Source of the DNA: a bacterium
Lineage (GTDB): Bacteria; RBG-13-61-14; DATKZS01
Assembly (NCBI GenBank): GCA_963674965.2
Contig: CAXXFL010000007.1
Location: 1-64,000 of the forward strand
Length of the DNA stretch: 64,000 bases
Reading direction: 5' to 3'
The translations under genes and the position numbers were made by a program. Below the pieces are notes generated by a model, which saw only the letters and a program-made list of their open reading frames with translations, was not told the origin of the DNA and ran no database searches. Positions within the stretch are counted from its first letter, which is position 1; each line of letters starts with the position of its first letter. Of the stretch, positions 40,124-50,643 are shown piece after piece.

Positions 40124-42388
40124 ATGAGCCCGAAAGTACTAATTATTGAGGACCAGATATCCTTGGCTCAAGCCATCGCCAAGCTACTTGCGCGTTACAA
40201 GATCGAGGCGACCGTGAGCGGCGACGGCATAGAAGGGCTCAAGGCATATACTACCCGACCGTACGATTTATTGATCGTTGACCTCCACCTTCCCAAGCTC
40301 AGCGGCGTGGAGGTCATACGTAAAGTCCGATCCACCGCCCATGGCAAGGACCTGCCCATCATTATCATGACCGGCGTCTATAAAAGTCAGGATTACGCGG
40401 ACAAGGCCAAGGAGCTTTTCGGAATTAGACATTACCTTATCAAACCCTTCTCCCAGGAGGCGTTCTTGCAAGCCATTAAGGAATCTCTAAGACCCGAAGC
40501 CGGCCCCGGTCCGGAAAAGAAAAGCCCCGGCGGCCCCGAACCCGTCCGTCCTTCCACCACCGAGCGCCCGCCCGCTCGGCTCAAGTCCAAGGAGACCGTC
40601 GGCCCGGAACCGCCGCGGACCCAGGCCGGCGCCAACGGCCATCGCCCGGTGGCGGAGATAAAACCCCGGCAGGCGCTGATGGGAAACCTGAAGGACGCGC
40701 CCATGGACCGCCTTCTAATGGACTTCAAGGCCAACCGCTCGACGGGAACTCTTTTCGTCAAGCGAGAGGAGGAGGAAAGGACCATACTGTTCGTTGAAGG
40801 CTCCCCCATTGGTCTCGCCACCACGAAATCCGAGTGCTCCTATGGCAACCACCTGTTCTGCAAGGGCAAGATCAGCCTTATGGAATACCAGGTCTATCAG
40901 GGGCGGCGGAAAAACGGGACCGACTCCGACGAGCTGTTCATCAAGATGGGGGCCCTCGCCCCCGAGGAGCATGGAGCCCTTTGGCGGCAATACCTTCAAG
41001 AGTCTCTGATAAGCATGTTCGGATGGGAAAGGGCCGAGTTCACCTTCCAGCTCTGGCCCTGCCTGGAGGGCGCGCCCTGTCCCTCGGTGATCAACCTTGC
41101 CCACGTTATTCACCAGGGCTTCATCAGGCACTCGACTCCTCAGAGGACCGCGTCGCTACGGGAAAAGGCGGGCGATCGTTTCCTCGGCCTTACTCCCAGT
41201 TTTTACGATTACCAGATGCACATCCAGATCAACCCGGAGGAAAGTCTATTCCTCGACATGATGGACGGATCGAGACGGCTCGAGGAACTTCTTCCCGAGG
41301 ACCCGGAAAAGGCGGAAAAAATGCTTCGCTCCTTTGGGGCCTTCTCCGCTTTGGGCATGGTGTCCTTTCACGCGGCCCCGGAGTTAAAGGAGCTTGAGGC
41401 TCCCTTCCCGGTGCGGGAACGTCCCACCGTCGAGGTTAAGGTAACGGTCGAGGAGAAGGAGTACGAGGCTGAAGAGGCCCCCGAGGGGTCCGCCGAGGTC
41501 GAGGAGGAGACGGAGGAAGAAGCCGTTGCCCTGGGAGGCGAGGTGGGCTTTGACGACCTTCTGGGCGACCTCGAGGACGACCTGGGCGACGTGGTCGAGA
41601 GCATGCAGCCCGCGCCCCAGGCCGACGCCGCGAGAGGGGCCGAGGAGGAGCAGGGCAAAAAGGACGAGGAACTTATCGATTTCCTAAAGACCCTGGGCGA
41701 CAAGGACTACTATGAAATATTCGGCATGTCGCAAGGAAATTTCGACTTCAGCAAACTCAAGGATGAGTACTTCCGACTAACCAAGAAGTTTTCGCCGGAG
41801 CGCTTCATTACCAGCTCGGGCGACGTTTTGGAAAAGGCCGAAAACGTTCTTTCCCGCCTGGCCACGGGTTATAACACGCTTTCCAACGTGGTGAGCAAGG
41901 AAAAGTACGACGAGATGCTGGCGCAGAAAATCCGGGTCAGCGGCGGCCCGGGCTCCCGGGACAAGGACCACGACAAGATGCAGGCCGAGGTCGCCTTCCA
42001 GTCGGGCATGGCTTTCATTGCCATGAGCGACTGGGACGGGGCCGAGAAGTCCATGGCCGAGGCCATGAGTCTGGCGCCCGACAACCCGGACATCATCGCT
42101 CAGTACGCGTACACTATATATAACAGGAACAAAAAGTCCAAGGCGATCCAGAACCGGGCCAGGGAGCTTCTGGCCCAGGCCCTCAAGATAAAGCCCAAAT
42201 GCGCTCCCGCTTTCGCCTATCGCGGGGCCATGCTCTTTGAGGAGGAAAAGGTCGCACTGGCGGAGGCCGACTTTAAGAAGGCCCTTTCCATCAATCCCCG
42301 CTACAAGTTCGCCCTCAAGGGCCTCAAAAAGATCGAGGCCGCCAGGCAGGACGAGAAAAAGGGCTTCTTCGGCAGGTTCATGAAATAA
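40124..42388 (+). CDS. Response regulator: REC + DUF4388-like + J-like domain + TPR
   Basis: IIED..VDLHLP..IKPF; RSTGTLFV..ILFVEG; DYYEIFG..FSPERF; C-terminal TPRs. Confidence 0.82.
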   Translation: MSPKVLIIEDQISLAQAIAKLLARYKIEATVSGDGIEGLKAYTTRPYDLLIVDLHLPKLSGVEVIRKVRSTAHGKDLPIIIMTGVYKSQDYADKAKELFGIRHYLIKPFSQEAFLQAIKESLRPEAGPGPEKKSPGGPEPVRPSTTERPPARLKSKETVGPEPPRTQAGANGHRPVAEIKPRQALMGNLKDAPMDRLLMDFKANRSTGTLFVKREEEERTILFVEGSPIGLATTKSECSYGNHLFCKGKISLMEYQVYQGRRKNGTDSDELFIKMGALAPEEHGALWRQYLQESLISMFGWERAEFTFQLWPCLEGAPCPSVINLAHVIHQGFIRHSTPQRTASLREKAGDRFLGLTPSFYDYQMHIQINPEESLFLDMMDGSRRLEELLPEDPEKAEKMLRSFGAFSALGMVSFHAAPELKELEAPFPVRERPTVEVKVTVEEKEYEAEEAPEGSAEVEEETEEEAVALGGEVGFDDLLGDLEDDLGDVVESMQPAPQADAARGAEEEQGKKDEELIDFLKTLGDKDYYEIFGMSQGNFDFSKLKDEYFRLTKKFSPERFITSSGDVLEKAENVLSRLATGYNTLSNVVSKEKYDEMLAQKIRVSGGPGSRDKDHDKMQAEVAFQSGMAFIAMSDWDGAEKSMAEAMSLAPDNPDIIAQYAYTIYNRNKKSKAIQNRARELLAQALKIKPKCAPAFAYRGAMLFEEEKVALAEADFKKALSINPRYKFALKGLKKIEAARQDEKKGFFGRFMK

Positions 42389-42400
42389 GCGCCTTTTCCA

Positions 42401-45400
42401 TTATTGCTCGCTTTCCCATTCCTTGATAGTTTCTTCCATCTTCTTCCTGTTGGGTATGTTCGGGTTCAGTTCTATCGCCTTCTTGAAATGGCGGACGGCT
42501 TCCTTCTTTCTGCCCGCGCTCGCCAGCGCGGCCGCGTACTTGACGTGGACGATAGGATAATCATCTCCGTATTTTAGCGCGACCTCGAAGGCTTTCAGGG
42601 CCTCGGGGACCTTGCCCTGATCGAAGAGGCATACTCCCAACTCGACGTAAAACTCGGGATTGCTGGGCCAGACCTCGATGGCCTTGACAAGAAATTCTTC
42701 CTCTTTGGCCGGGTTGCCTTGTCTTCTCTCTATCCTGGAGACAAGCTCGAGGCAACGGTAGTTTCGAGGATGGATTGCAAGAGATTTGTCCGCCCACTCC
42801 CGCGCCGTCTTGAGGTCGCCCTTGTCAAAATATATCCCTGCCAGTATAAACGGGGCGAAGCTGTCCTCCGGGTTGTAAGCCGCGGCTTTTTCCAGAAGCT
42901 CGATAACTTCATCGCTTGGTCCCTCTTTTTTCCTTTTTTGAGCCGCAAGGTTGATCATCATATTGCATAGCCGTATTGACGCCCGCGGCGCCGGATAATG
43001 TCCGCCGAGGCTTTCCACGAATGACGCCAGTTCCATTACGTCGGACTCGCGCTCCTCGGCGTTGCCGCCGACCTCCTGCCTCATTTTGACGTATTTATTG
43101 CGTCCCTCCGATAACTTGGCAAGTTTTTCCCTTATCCTTCTTCCCTCATCCCCTTCCGGCAAATCCACGAGTATTACCGAGGCGTCCTGGCCCTTGGACA
43201 AGAAATTTTCCGCTATGTCAGTGAGTCTTTTCGTATCCCGGTCGAACGCGACGCCGGGCATGGTAAACTCGAACTGTCTTCTGTCGTCCACCTGCAAGGG
43301 TCCGTCGCCCACCAGTTCCATGATCCTTTCCTCGTTCATTACGAACCGGGCGAGCAGATTGTCCGGATTCACGTCGGCCCGGGCAAGGTCTTGCCTTATC
43401 TTCTCATTCTCGAACTTTGCCGCCAGAGATTGACAGGAAACTTTCAAGGGCTCATTGGAGCCGAACAGCAGATAGTCGCTCATCGGCGTGGACTCCCAAA
43501 GGGTGACGCTGGGAAAGACCGAGCAAAAAGTCCTGAGGGCCATGGCCAGGGTCCTCTCGTCCATGTTGTACACGTCAATCCACGCCAGCGCGACTCCGCC
43601 GGGATTGAGGCTGTTTTTCATGATTTCATAGAACTCGCGGGTAAACATTATCCCCTGACCCGCCTGCCAGGGATTGGAAGGCTCGCTTATGATAACGTCG
43701 TACTTGTCCTCTCCCAGGGCCAGATGATTTCTTCCGTCGTTAATAATGATTCTCAGTCTGGGGTCCTCGTAATCGAGGCCGCTGGCGTCCTTGAAGAACC
43801 TGCTGGCCTCGAGCACCGCGGGTGAAAGCTCGAGGGCGTCCAGCCTATCGAGGTCGTATTTGAGGGCGCTTCCCGAGGTCACGCCGCTGGCTAGACCCAG
43901 CACCATGACCTTCTTGGGGTCCTTGTGCAAAATGAGAGGAACATGGGCGAGTAGTATCTGGGTGGTCATGTCCAGGCTGGTGGTGGCGTCGGTCTTTCCA
44001 TTTATCTTGAGCACCAGGTCCTCGTCTATCCTCTGAGACAGAACGGACACCGTGGTTTCGGCGTCCTCCCTGAAATAACGCAGGATATAATTGCGCTCCA
44101 TTATTTGCCTGAGGTTATGGGCCGGACCCTGGTGGGAAAGATACACCGCTCCATATATATAGGGGCCGCTGTTTATCACCAAAGGGTCGGGGGGAGGCAT
44201 TGCCAGTATCATGACGATACCGCCACCCGCCAGGGTGGAGGATACAATCGTGGCCGCCCTCCTCGGCAGTTCCGAACCAAGGGTCCATAAAACGCCTATA
44301 AGCAGACTCGCCGCCGTGGCGAAAAGAACGGTGGGCCTGACGCCGAAGAAGTGAAGAAGCACGAAACCGGCCAGAAAGGCCCCGATGATCGATCCCACCG
44401 AGTTGGAGGCGTACACCCATCCCATGGGCTCGCCCGCTCCGGACCTCTCGCGGGCGACTACCCGGGCGATCAAGGGAAGAAGCATGCCCATCATTAATGT
44501 GGGAACGATAAGCAGGCCGAAGGTTACTCCGAAACGCAATAAGGTCATGGCCCGGCTGGCGGACCCGTATTCGGCCACCCAATAGTTCATCTTGACATTG
44601 ACCACCTCGAAAAGAGGGATCACCGCTATGGCGGAAAGGCCTATTACGAACTCCATCACCCCGGCCCAGAGAAGCGGCTTTTTTATCGAGTCCACCCATT
44701 TCGAGATAAGCGCGCCTCCAAAACCAAGGCCGCCTATGTAAGCCACCAGGATAATACTGAAACTATAGGTGCTACCCCCGAATATCATGGTGAAAGAACG
44801 AGTCCAGGCGATCTGGTAGATCAGGGCCGCCATGCCCGAAAGACAATATCCGAAAAGAACGAGCAAGGCGGTATTCGTCCATTTCGCCTCCTCCCCCTCG
44901 GGAGTTTTCACGTCCGTCCCGCCGCCTTTGGCTTTGAAACGGCCGCGCATGGCGAATACCAGGGCAAAGATCAATATATTGATCGCCGCCGCCAATATAA
45001 TGGTCCGCCAGTTGCCCAGGGCGGGAAGGATGACGAACCCGGCCAGGCCGGCGCCCACCATGGCCCCGATGGTGTTCAGAGCATAAAGACGTCCGGCCGC
45101 CAGCCCGAACCTTTCCCTCTCGAGGAGCGTGGCCTTGAGCAACACGGGCAAAGTCGCGCCCATGCAAAGGGTGGGTGGAAAAAGTATGGCCGCGCTGACC
45201 ATGAACCTCGTCATGTTGAAAATAAAAGGACTGTCCCATAAATTAACGTAGGAATAGGAGAGGATCGGCTTGGCCCAATCCACGAACAAAGGAACAAGGA
45301 GAGCGAAAGCTCCTATCAAGCCCTCCAGGACGCCATAGATCAAAATGGGGTCCTTCTTGCTCCGGTCAACCAGCCGGCCCCCGATAACGCTGCCGAGAGC

Positions 45401-45547
45401 CAGGCCGCCCATGAAGCTCACCACCACCGCCGTCACCGCGTGGGTCGTGCCCCCGAAGACCAGCACGAACTCACGGCTCCACACGACCTCGTAAACCAGG
45501 CCGCAGGCGCCGGATAAAAAGAAGAAAACGAAAATCAGATAATACAT
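42401..45547 (-). CDS. Fused MFS-like/spermidine synthase protein with TPRs
   Basis: SGACGLVYEVVW, LGLASG, NDGR and DVIISEPSNPW motifs. Confidence 0.9.
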   Translation of the reverse strand: MYYLIFVFFFLSGACGLVYEVVWSREFVLVFGGTTHAVTAVVVSFMGGLALGSVIGGRLVDRSKKDPILIYGVLEGLIGAFALLVPLFVDWAKPILSYSYVNLWDSPFIFNMTRFMVSAAILFPPTLCMGATLPVLLKATLLERERFGLAAGRLYALNTIGAMVGAGLAGFVILPALGNWRTIILAAAINILIFALVFAMRGRFKAKGGGTDVKTPEGEEAKWTNTALLVLFGYCLSGMAALIYQIAWTRSFTMIFGGSTYSFSIILVAYIGGLGFGGALISKWVDSIKKPLLWAGVMEFVIGLSAIAVIPLFEVVNVKMNYWVAEYGSASRAMTLLRFGVTFGLLIVPTLMMGMLLPLIARVVARERSGAGEPMGWVYASNSVGSIIGAFLAGFVLLHFFGVRPTVLFATAASLLIGVLWTLGSELPRRAATIVSSTLAGGGIVMILAMPPPDPLVINSGPYIYGAVYLSHQGPAHNLRQIMERNYILRYFREDAETTVSVLSQRIDEDLVLKINGKTDATTSLDMTTQILLAHVPLILHKDPKKVMVLGLASGVTSGSALKYDLDRLDALELSPAVLEASRFFKDASGLDYEDPRLRIIINDGRNHLALGEDKYDVIISEPSNPWQAGQGIMFTREFYEIMKNSLNPGGVALAWIDVYNMDERTLAMALRTFCSVFPSVTLWESTPMSDYLLFGSNEPLKVSCQSLAAKFENEKIRQDLARADVNPDNLLARFVMNEERIMELVGDGPLQVDDRRQFEFTMPGVAFDRDTKRLTDIAENFLSKGQDASVILVDLPEGDEGRRIREKLAKLSEGRNKYVKMRQEVGGNAEERESDVMELASFVESLGGHYPAPRASIRLCNMMINLAAQKRKKEGPSDEVIELLEKAAAYNPEDSFAPFILAGIYFDKGDLKTAREWADKSLAIHPRNYRCLELVSRIERRQGNPAKEEEFLVKAIEVWPSNPEFYVELGVCLFDQGKVPEALKAFEVALKYGDDYPIVHVKYAAALASAGRKKEAVRHFKKAIELNPNIPNRKKMEETIKEWESEQ

Positions 45548-45729
45548 GTCGCCAACGGTTTCCTTTCATGGCCGGGCGATTGCCCGCAAAGGATTATAAG
45601 GCCAAGCTCCCGGCAATCTCGATGGAAGACGCTTTGATTATACAACGCGCCCCGTATATTATAGCGAGCGCCGATATAATGATTTTAACCCGATGATTGA
45701 GCGTGTCAATCCGTGGGAAAGGTCTGGGC

Positions 45730-46818
45730 ATGAAGAACAATGCTTTCGGAATAGGAATTATTGGAACGGGACTGATCGGGACCATGCACGCCGTCTCCCT
45801 GCAGAAGGCCGTCAAGGCCATCGGCAAACCGGTCAGGCTCGTGGCCGCGGCGGACAAGGACGCTAAAAGGGCCGAAAGGTTCGCGTCCGCCTTTGGCTTC
45901 GAGCGAGCCTCGACCGACTATAGGGAGATCGCGGACAATCCCGAAATCCAGGCGGCGTACGTTTGCACCTGGACCAGCGAGCATAAGGAAGCGGTGATGG
46001 CCCTCGTGGAGAAGGGCAAAAGCGTCTTTTGCGAAAAGCCCCTCGCTTTCACCGCCGGGGAAGCTCGGGCGATGTACAAGGCGGCCGTCGAGTCGGGGGT
46101 AACGCACCAGGTGGGCCTGGTGCTCCGCCGGGCCCCCGTTTGGAGCGCTCTCCGCGAGAAGATACTGGCCGGCGGCCGCGGTTTCCCCATCGCCGTCATT
46201 TTTCGGGACGACCAGTGCTTTCCCATCAAGGGCTCACACCCCGGCGAGTGGAGAAAGGACCCGGCCAAGGCGGGCGCTGGCTGTCTTATCGAGCACTCGA
46301 TCCACGATCTCGACCTTTTAGAGTGGATATTCGGTCCCATCCTGGAAGTGCGGGCCGAGACGGTCGAGCGTTTCGGCCACGCTGGAATCGAGGACCTGGC
46401 CAAGGTGGACCTGTACTTCGAGTCGGGCATGAGGGGGAGTTTGATATCCATCTGGCACGACGTATTAAACCGTCACTCGAACCGGAGGATGGAGGTTTTT
46501 TACGAAAAAGAATACCTGGCGGTCGAGTCCGAGTTCACCGGCCCCATCGCGCTGATGGCCGGGGAGGGACCGGCCAGGGTACTCAAAGAGGACGAGGTGA
46601 ACCGCATTTTTTGGGGTTCCCAAAATATATCCGACGAGCGCGAGCGTGAATTGACCCTTCATTTCGGGGCCCTCGAGGACTACCAGTTCCTCAAAAGCGC
46701 CATGGAGGGAAATCCCGCCGACCCTGACTTCAGCGTGGCCGTGAGGGCCCACGAACTGGTCGACGCCTGCTATCGGTCGGCCCCTGGGGGACGCAAGATC
46801 AAAGTAAAGGCGCGGTAG
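45730..46818 (+). CDS. Gfo/Idh/MocA oxidoreductase
   Basis: GTGLIG, CEKP and EHSIHDLD motifs. Confidence 0.9.
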   Translation: MKNNAFGIGIIGTGLIGTMHAVSLQKAVKAIGKPVRLVAAADKDAKRAERFASAFGFERASTDYREIADNPEIQAAYVCTWTSEHKEAVMALVEKGKSVFCEKPLAFTAGEARAMYKAAVESGVTHQVGLVLRRAPVWSALREKILAGGRGFPIAVIFRDDQCFPIKGSHPGEWRKDPAKAGAGCLIEHSIHDLDLLEWIFGPILEVRAETVERFGHAGIEDLAKVDLYFESGMRGSLISIWHDVLNRHSNRRMEVFYEKEYLAVESEFTGPIALMAGEGPARVLKEDEVNRIFWGSQNISDERERELTLHFGALEDYQFLKSAMEGNPADPDFSVAVRAHELVDACYRSAPGGRKIKVKAR

Positions 46819-46834
46819 AATCGTCTTAATGGTA

Positions 46835-47020
46835 GAGCTTCATGCAAAAGTCCCTTTCTTGACGGCATAGCCGCTTTGGATTGTGGTCGCTTGAGAGCGC
46901 TTTCGATGGCTTTGGCTTGACAAGGCCTAAGATTACAACGGCTAGCCTCGCGTCAAGCCGCTCGGAAGAAAAGCGGCGTCGAGCCGCCGCACTCCAAAGC
47001 GGGACTTTTGCAAGAGGCTC
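46835..47020 (-). mobile_element. 186-bp MITE-like element, copy 2 (inverted)
   Basis: Diverged reverse complement of 32067..32252 with the same length; flanks GGTA/GGTT. Confidence 0.8.
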
Positions 47021-47216
47021 GGTTGAATAATTTTTAGTGAGGACTTTCGTTCCGGGACCTGTCCGGCGATACGATGTTGAACATTATATTATCATGGTGG
47101 TAATATAATACTCGCGACTCGGGAGTAAAATTTTAAGTACGGGGTTTCTCGTTGAATCGTTTGAGTTGAAAAAGACGATCGACCTTTTAAACGACCAATC
47201 GCGTTAGGAGTCTTAC

Positions 47217-49001
47217 TTGATACGCTGTATAAACCATCCTCAGTTGCACGCCAAGTACCATTGCGGCAAATGCGAGATAGGGCTTTGCGAGCACTGCGTG
47301 ACGCCGAAGGCCTTTGGCGCCTCCAAGCTTTACATGTGCCCCAAGTGCAACGAGCCCACGGCCGACCTGACGCCTTACATTGGCGTCCAACCCTTCTGGT
47401 GGGGGGTGGGAGACATTTTGCTCCGTCCCTTCCGGGAAGGAAATTGGGTCACCTTCATCGGGTGGGGCATCTTCGCCATACTGACCCTGGCGGTGGCCGA
47501 CTTCGCCATGAGCATGGGGGGCCTTTTCGCCATCATCGCCGCCGGCTTCTGTTACGCCCTTTATTACAGCGTGCTCATCTCTTATTTCTGGCGCATCATC
47601 GCCCGGAACGAGGACGGCAGATTGGAAATCCCCGACTTCGAGTACGAGGGCATGAGCGCTTCCCTTATCTGGCCGGTCGTGCAGTTCGTGGTATCTTTCG
47701 TCTCGGCGTATCTTCCCATCGTGGTTTTCGCCGTCTTCATGCTGACCAGTTTCGGTTTCATCTTCGAGGATATTGCCGGGTCGCCGGTGTTCGTGGCCTT
47801 CATCATCGTCTGCGTCGTTTTCGGGATCGTCGGCACCATGTTGATCCCGATGATCACGCTTTTAATCGGGGTTTTCCGGCGCATACCCATGGCTTTCAAT
47901 TATCCTTTCATAGTAAGGCAGATATTCAAGATACCCGTGGAATACGGCATCCTTTTAATTTTCGTCTTCGCCTTCATCATCGCCTACTCCATCGTCAAGG
48001 GCGTTTTTTTCGTCGCTCTGACTCCCTTAAGCTATACGTTCAGCAAAAGCATCGGCCTTGCCTTTATAAAAAATATCATCCAATACCCCATCGAGGGAGC
48101 GCTTCAACTCTACATTTTCATGATCATTGGACAGCTTCTGGGATACATGGCCTACCAGGCCAGGTTTAAGCTCAAGTGGTGGCCGGAAAACCAGTCCGAG
48201 CCGGTCTTTATGGTGCAGGGCAGGCCGGCCGATCTAAGCTACGAGCCCGCGCCGGTAATGACCTCGGCCATGCGGGCCGCCATGGTGGGGGGAGCGGCCG
48301 CCGCCGGCGCGTCCATCCCGCCGGGCTCGGCCTCCATTGCGCCTCCCATGGCCTCGGCGCCTCCCCGGTCTCCAGCGGCCACCGGGGCTCCAGCGGCCGC
48401 CCCGGTTCCCCAGCCGGCGGGACCGTCCTTTACCGACTCCGGCGCGGAGATGGAGATGGCCAAGCAGATAGCCGAGGGCATGCAGGTGCTGGCCCAGGGT
48501 AACGCCGACGAGGCCGCTTTCCACTTCCGCCAGGTCCTTGACCGGGACCCCACCCACCTTGGCGCCCTGCGGGGAATGGTCATGGTCTCGACCAAGGTAA
48601 GGAACGAGACCAACGCCTTCAAGTATGGCCGGCTGATGGGGGCGGAACTGTCCAGGAGAAGGGACTTCGAGGCGCTTTACGAGCAGTATATCGAGATAAG
48701 CAAAAGCTTTCCCGATTTCTCCTACGAGACGCGCGACCAGATGCTCGTGTCCAGGTGGCTGGTGCAGGAGCAAAAATTCATGGAGGCGGCCAAGCTCCTG
48801 CGCGAGGTGGGGGTCAACAACCCTCATGATCCGGACGCGCCCAAGGCCCTCTACCAGTGCGGCGAAATCCTTTGGAAAAAATGCGGCAAACCCGAAAACG
48901 GGGCCAAGATGTTCGAGTACATCCTGAAGAAATATCCGCACGTCAGCTTCGCCGATAAAATCAAGGAGGCCATGGGCCAGATTAAGGCGGAGTCTCAGTA
49001 G
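47217..49001 (+). CDS. B-box-like Zn finger + multi-TM (DUF4013-like) + TPR protein
   Basis: CINHP..CGKC..CEHC..CPKC, TM block, Pro/Ala linker, TPRs; TTG start. Confidence 0.75.
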   Translation: MIRCINHPQLHAKYHCGKCEIGLCEHCVTPKAFGASKLYMCPKCNEPTADLTPYIGVQPFWWGVGDILLRPFREGNWVTFIGWGIFAILTLAVADFAMSMGGLFAIIAAGFCYALYYSVLISYFWRIIARNEDGRLEIPDFEYEGMSASLIWPVVQFVVSFVSAYLPIVVFAVFMLTSFGFIFEDIAGSPVFVAFIIVCVVFGIVGTMLIPMITLLIGVFRRIPMAFNYPFIVRQIFKIPVEYGILLIFVFAFIIAYSIVKGVFFVALTPLSYTFSKSIGLAFIKNIIQYPIEGALQLYIFMIIGQLLGYMAYQARFKLKWWPENQSEPVFMVQGRPADLSYEPAPVMTSAMRAAMVGGAAAAGASIPPGSASIAPPMASAPPRSPAATGAPAAAPVPQPAGPSFTDSGAEMEMAKQIAEGMQVLAQGNADEAAFHFRQVLDRDPTHLGALRGMVMVSTKVRNETNAFKYGRLMGAELSRRRDFEALYEQYIEISKSFPDFSYETRDQMLVSRWLVQEQKFMEAAKLLREVGVNNPHDPDAPKALYQCGEILWKKCGKPENGAKMFEYILKKYPHVSFADKIKEAMGQIKAESQ

Positions 49002-49059
49002 CTGCGGCGGGCGCTCGGCCATCCCGCCCGAGCGCGACCAAGGCAAGGAGGACTTTATT

Positions 49060-49260
49060 ATGGCGGTTGAACGAGTTACCAGGATCGTTGCCACGTCCCC
49101 CGACAACTTCGAGGGGGCCATCCAGGAGGGACTTAACAGGGCCAACAAGACCCTCAGGAACCTGCGCCGTATCGACGTGGTCCAGCACGCGGTGAGGCTC
49201 CAAAAGGGCAAGATCGCCGAATACGAGGTCACTCTCGACATCACCTTCGTGATAGACTGA
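49060..49260 (+). CDS. Dodecin-family protein
   Basis: ATSPDNFEGAI..RANKTLRNL..YEVTLDITF. Confidence 0.88.
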   Translation: MAVERVTRIVATSPDNFEGAIQEGLNRANKTLRNLRRIDVVQHAVRLQKGKIAEYEVTLDITFVID

Positions 49261-49277
49261 ATCCACTACCCAGATCG

Positions 49278-50159
49278 ATGAACGAGGAATTAAAGCCCGG
49301 ATCGGATATAGAGGCTCGCGGGCAAGGCGTCGCCGATAACGCTTGTCCGCCGTCCGGCGCGGTCTTCAACCAAGCCAAGATCGCGAATTTTTCACCGCCT
49401 CCTTATCCGCATCCCCCCCCTTACAAGGCCCGGCCCCGAGGCCCGTGGGGATTTTGGGTGACCATGGGCTGGATGATCCTGGCCCTCGCCCTCTCCATGC
49501 TCGCTGGCTTTGTCTCCATCATCTTTTACGCCGCCTGGGCCAACGTTAGCGGCGACGCTCCCCTTAAGGACCTCGGCTTTCAAAATCTGGCCTATGAAGG
49601 AGACTTCCTCTGGATATCCACCGCCATTAACGGCCATCTTTGGATTTGCCTCATGGTCTTCGCCGTCTTTACCCGCGCCTGTCTAAGCGGCTTTCCGGCG
49701 AGCGAATACATGGCCTTGAAAAAGCCGGCCAGGCTGGACGTCCTTCTCGGCGTTATGGCCCTGGGCGCCTATTACGTCGGCTCGGAAAAACTCATCGACT
49801 ATTTCAACGTGCCCGAGCCGGCCTGGATGCTGGGCGTTTATAGGTCGGCGGACTGCGTGCCCTGCCTCCTTTTCGCGGTCGTCGTCATCGCGCCGCTGGT
49901 TGAGGAATCCTTTTTCCGCGGCTTCGTATATAAAGGGGTCGAGAATCGGCTGGGGCCTTTTTGGGCCGTCGCCTTCACGGCCGTGCCCTGGACGCTGATC
50001 CACCTGGGCCAGTACGAGCCCGCTTATATCGTCTCCATACTCTGCCTGGGGGTCCTCTTTGGCCTCGCCCGCTGGAAGTCGGGCTCGATTTTCCTTCCCC
50101 TCGCCCTTCACGCGATAAACAACTCCATCGCCAGCTTTCAGATGATTCTCTTTTATTAG
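49278..50159 (+). CDS. CPBP/Abi intramembrane glutamic protease
   Basis: EESFFRG, IH and LHAINN motifs. Confidence 0.88.
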   Translation: MNEELKPGSDIEARGQGVADNACPPSGAVFNQAKIANFSPPPYPHPPPYKARPRGPWGFWVTMGWMILALALSMLAGFVSIIFYAAWANVSGDAPLKDLGFQNLAYEGDFLWISTAINGHLWICLMVFAVFTRACLSGFPASEYMALKKPARLDVLLGVMALGAYYVGSEKLIDYFNVPEPAWMLGVYRSADCVPCLLFAVVVIAPLVEESFFRGFVYKGVENRLGPFWAVAFTAVPWTLIHLGQYEPAYIVSILCLGVLFGLARWKSGSIFLPLALHAINNSIASFQMILFY

Positions 50160-50195
50160 GCCCCGCGTTAAATTGATTCAAGAATCAAGGCGCGT

Positions 50196-50222
50196 AAAAA
50201 AGGCGCCCCGAGGAGCGCCTTG
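50196..50222. terminator. Terminator of the alpha operon (possibly bidirectional)
   Basis: A-tract-AGGCGC CCCGAGGA GCGCCT-TT. Confidence 0.7.
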
Positions 50223-50241
50223 GTGAACGGACTTCGCCGTA

Positions 50242-50640
50242 TTATTCTTCTTTCTTTTTCTTCTTGGCTTTTTTCTTGGGCTCATCGTCGGAGACCAGCT
50301 CGATGATGGCCATTTCGGCCGAGTCTCCGCGCCGGGGCCCGAGCTTGACCACGCGGGTGTATCCGCCCGGCCTTTCCTGGTAACGGGGCGCGATCTCGTC
50401 GAAGAGCTTATGGACCACGTCCTTTTCGTACATCACGGCCAGCGCCTGCCGCCTGGAGTGTAGATCGCCCTTTTTGCCGAGGGTGATCATCTTGTCGGCC
50501 AGACTTCTGAGTTCCTTGGCCCTTGGCAGGGTGGTCTCTATTCTTCCATGTTTTATAAGCGCCGTTACCATATTGCGAAACATCGCCTGCCTGTGGGCGG
50601 TTTCCCGGGCAAAGCGCCTTGTTTTAATAGCGTGCCGCAT
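50242..50640 (-). CDS. rplQ: 50S protein L17
   Basis: [10 protein letters not shown] and RPGGYTRV motifs. Confidence 0.97.
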   Translation of the reverse strand: MRHAIKTRRFARETAHRQAMFRNMVTALIKHGRIETTLPRAKELRSLADKMITLGKKGDLHSRRQALAVMYEKDVVHKLFDEIAPRYQERPGGYTRVVKLGPRRGDSAEMAIIELVSDDEPKKKAKKKKKEE

Positions 50641-50643
50641 GGC

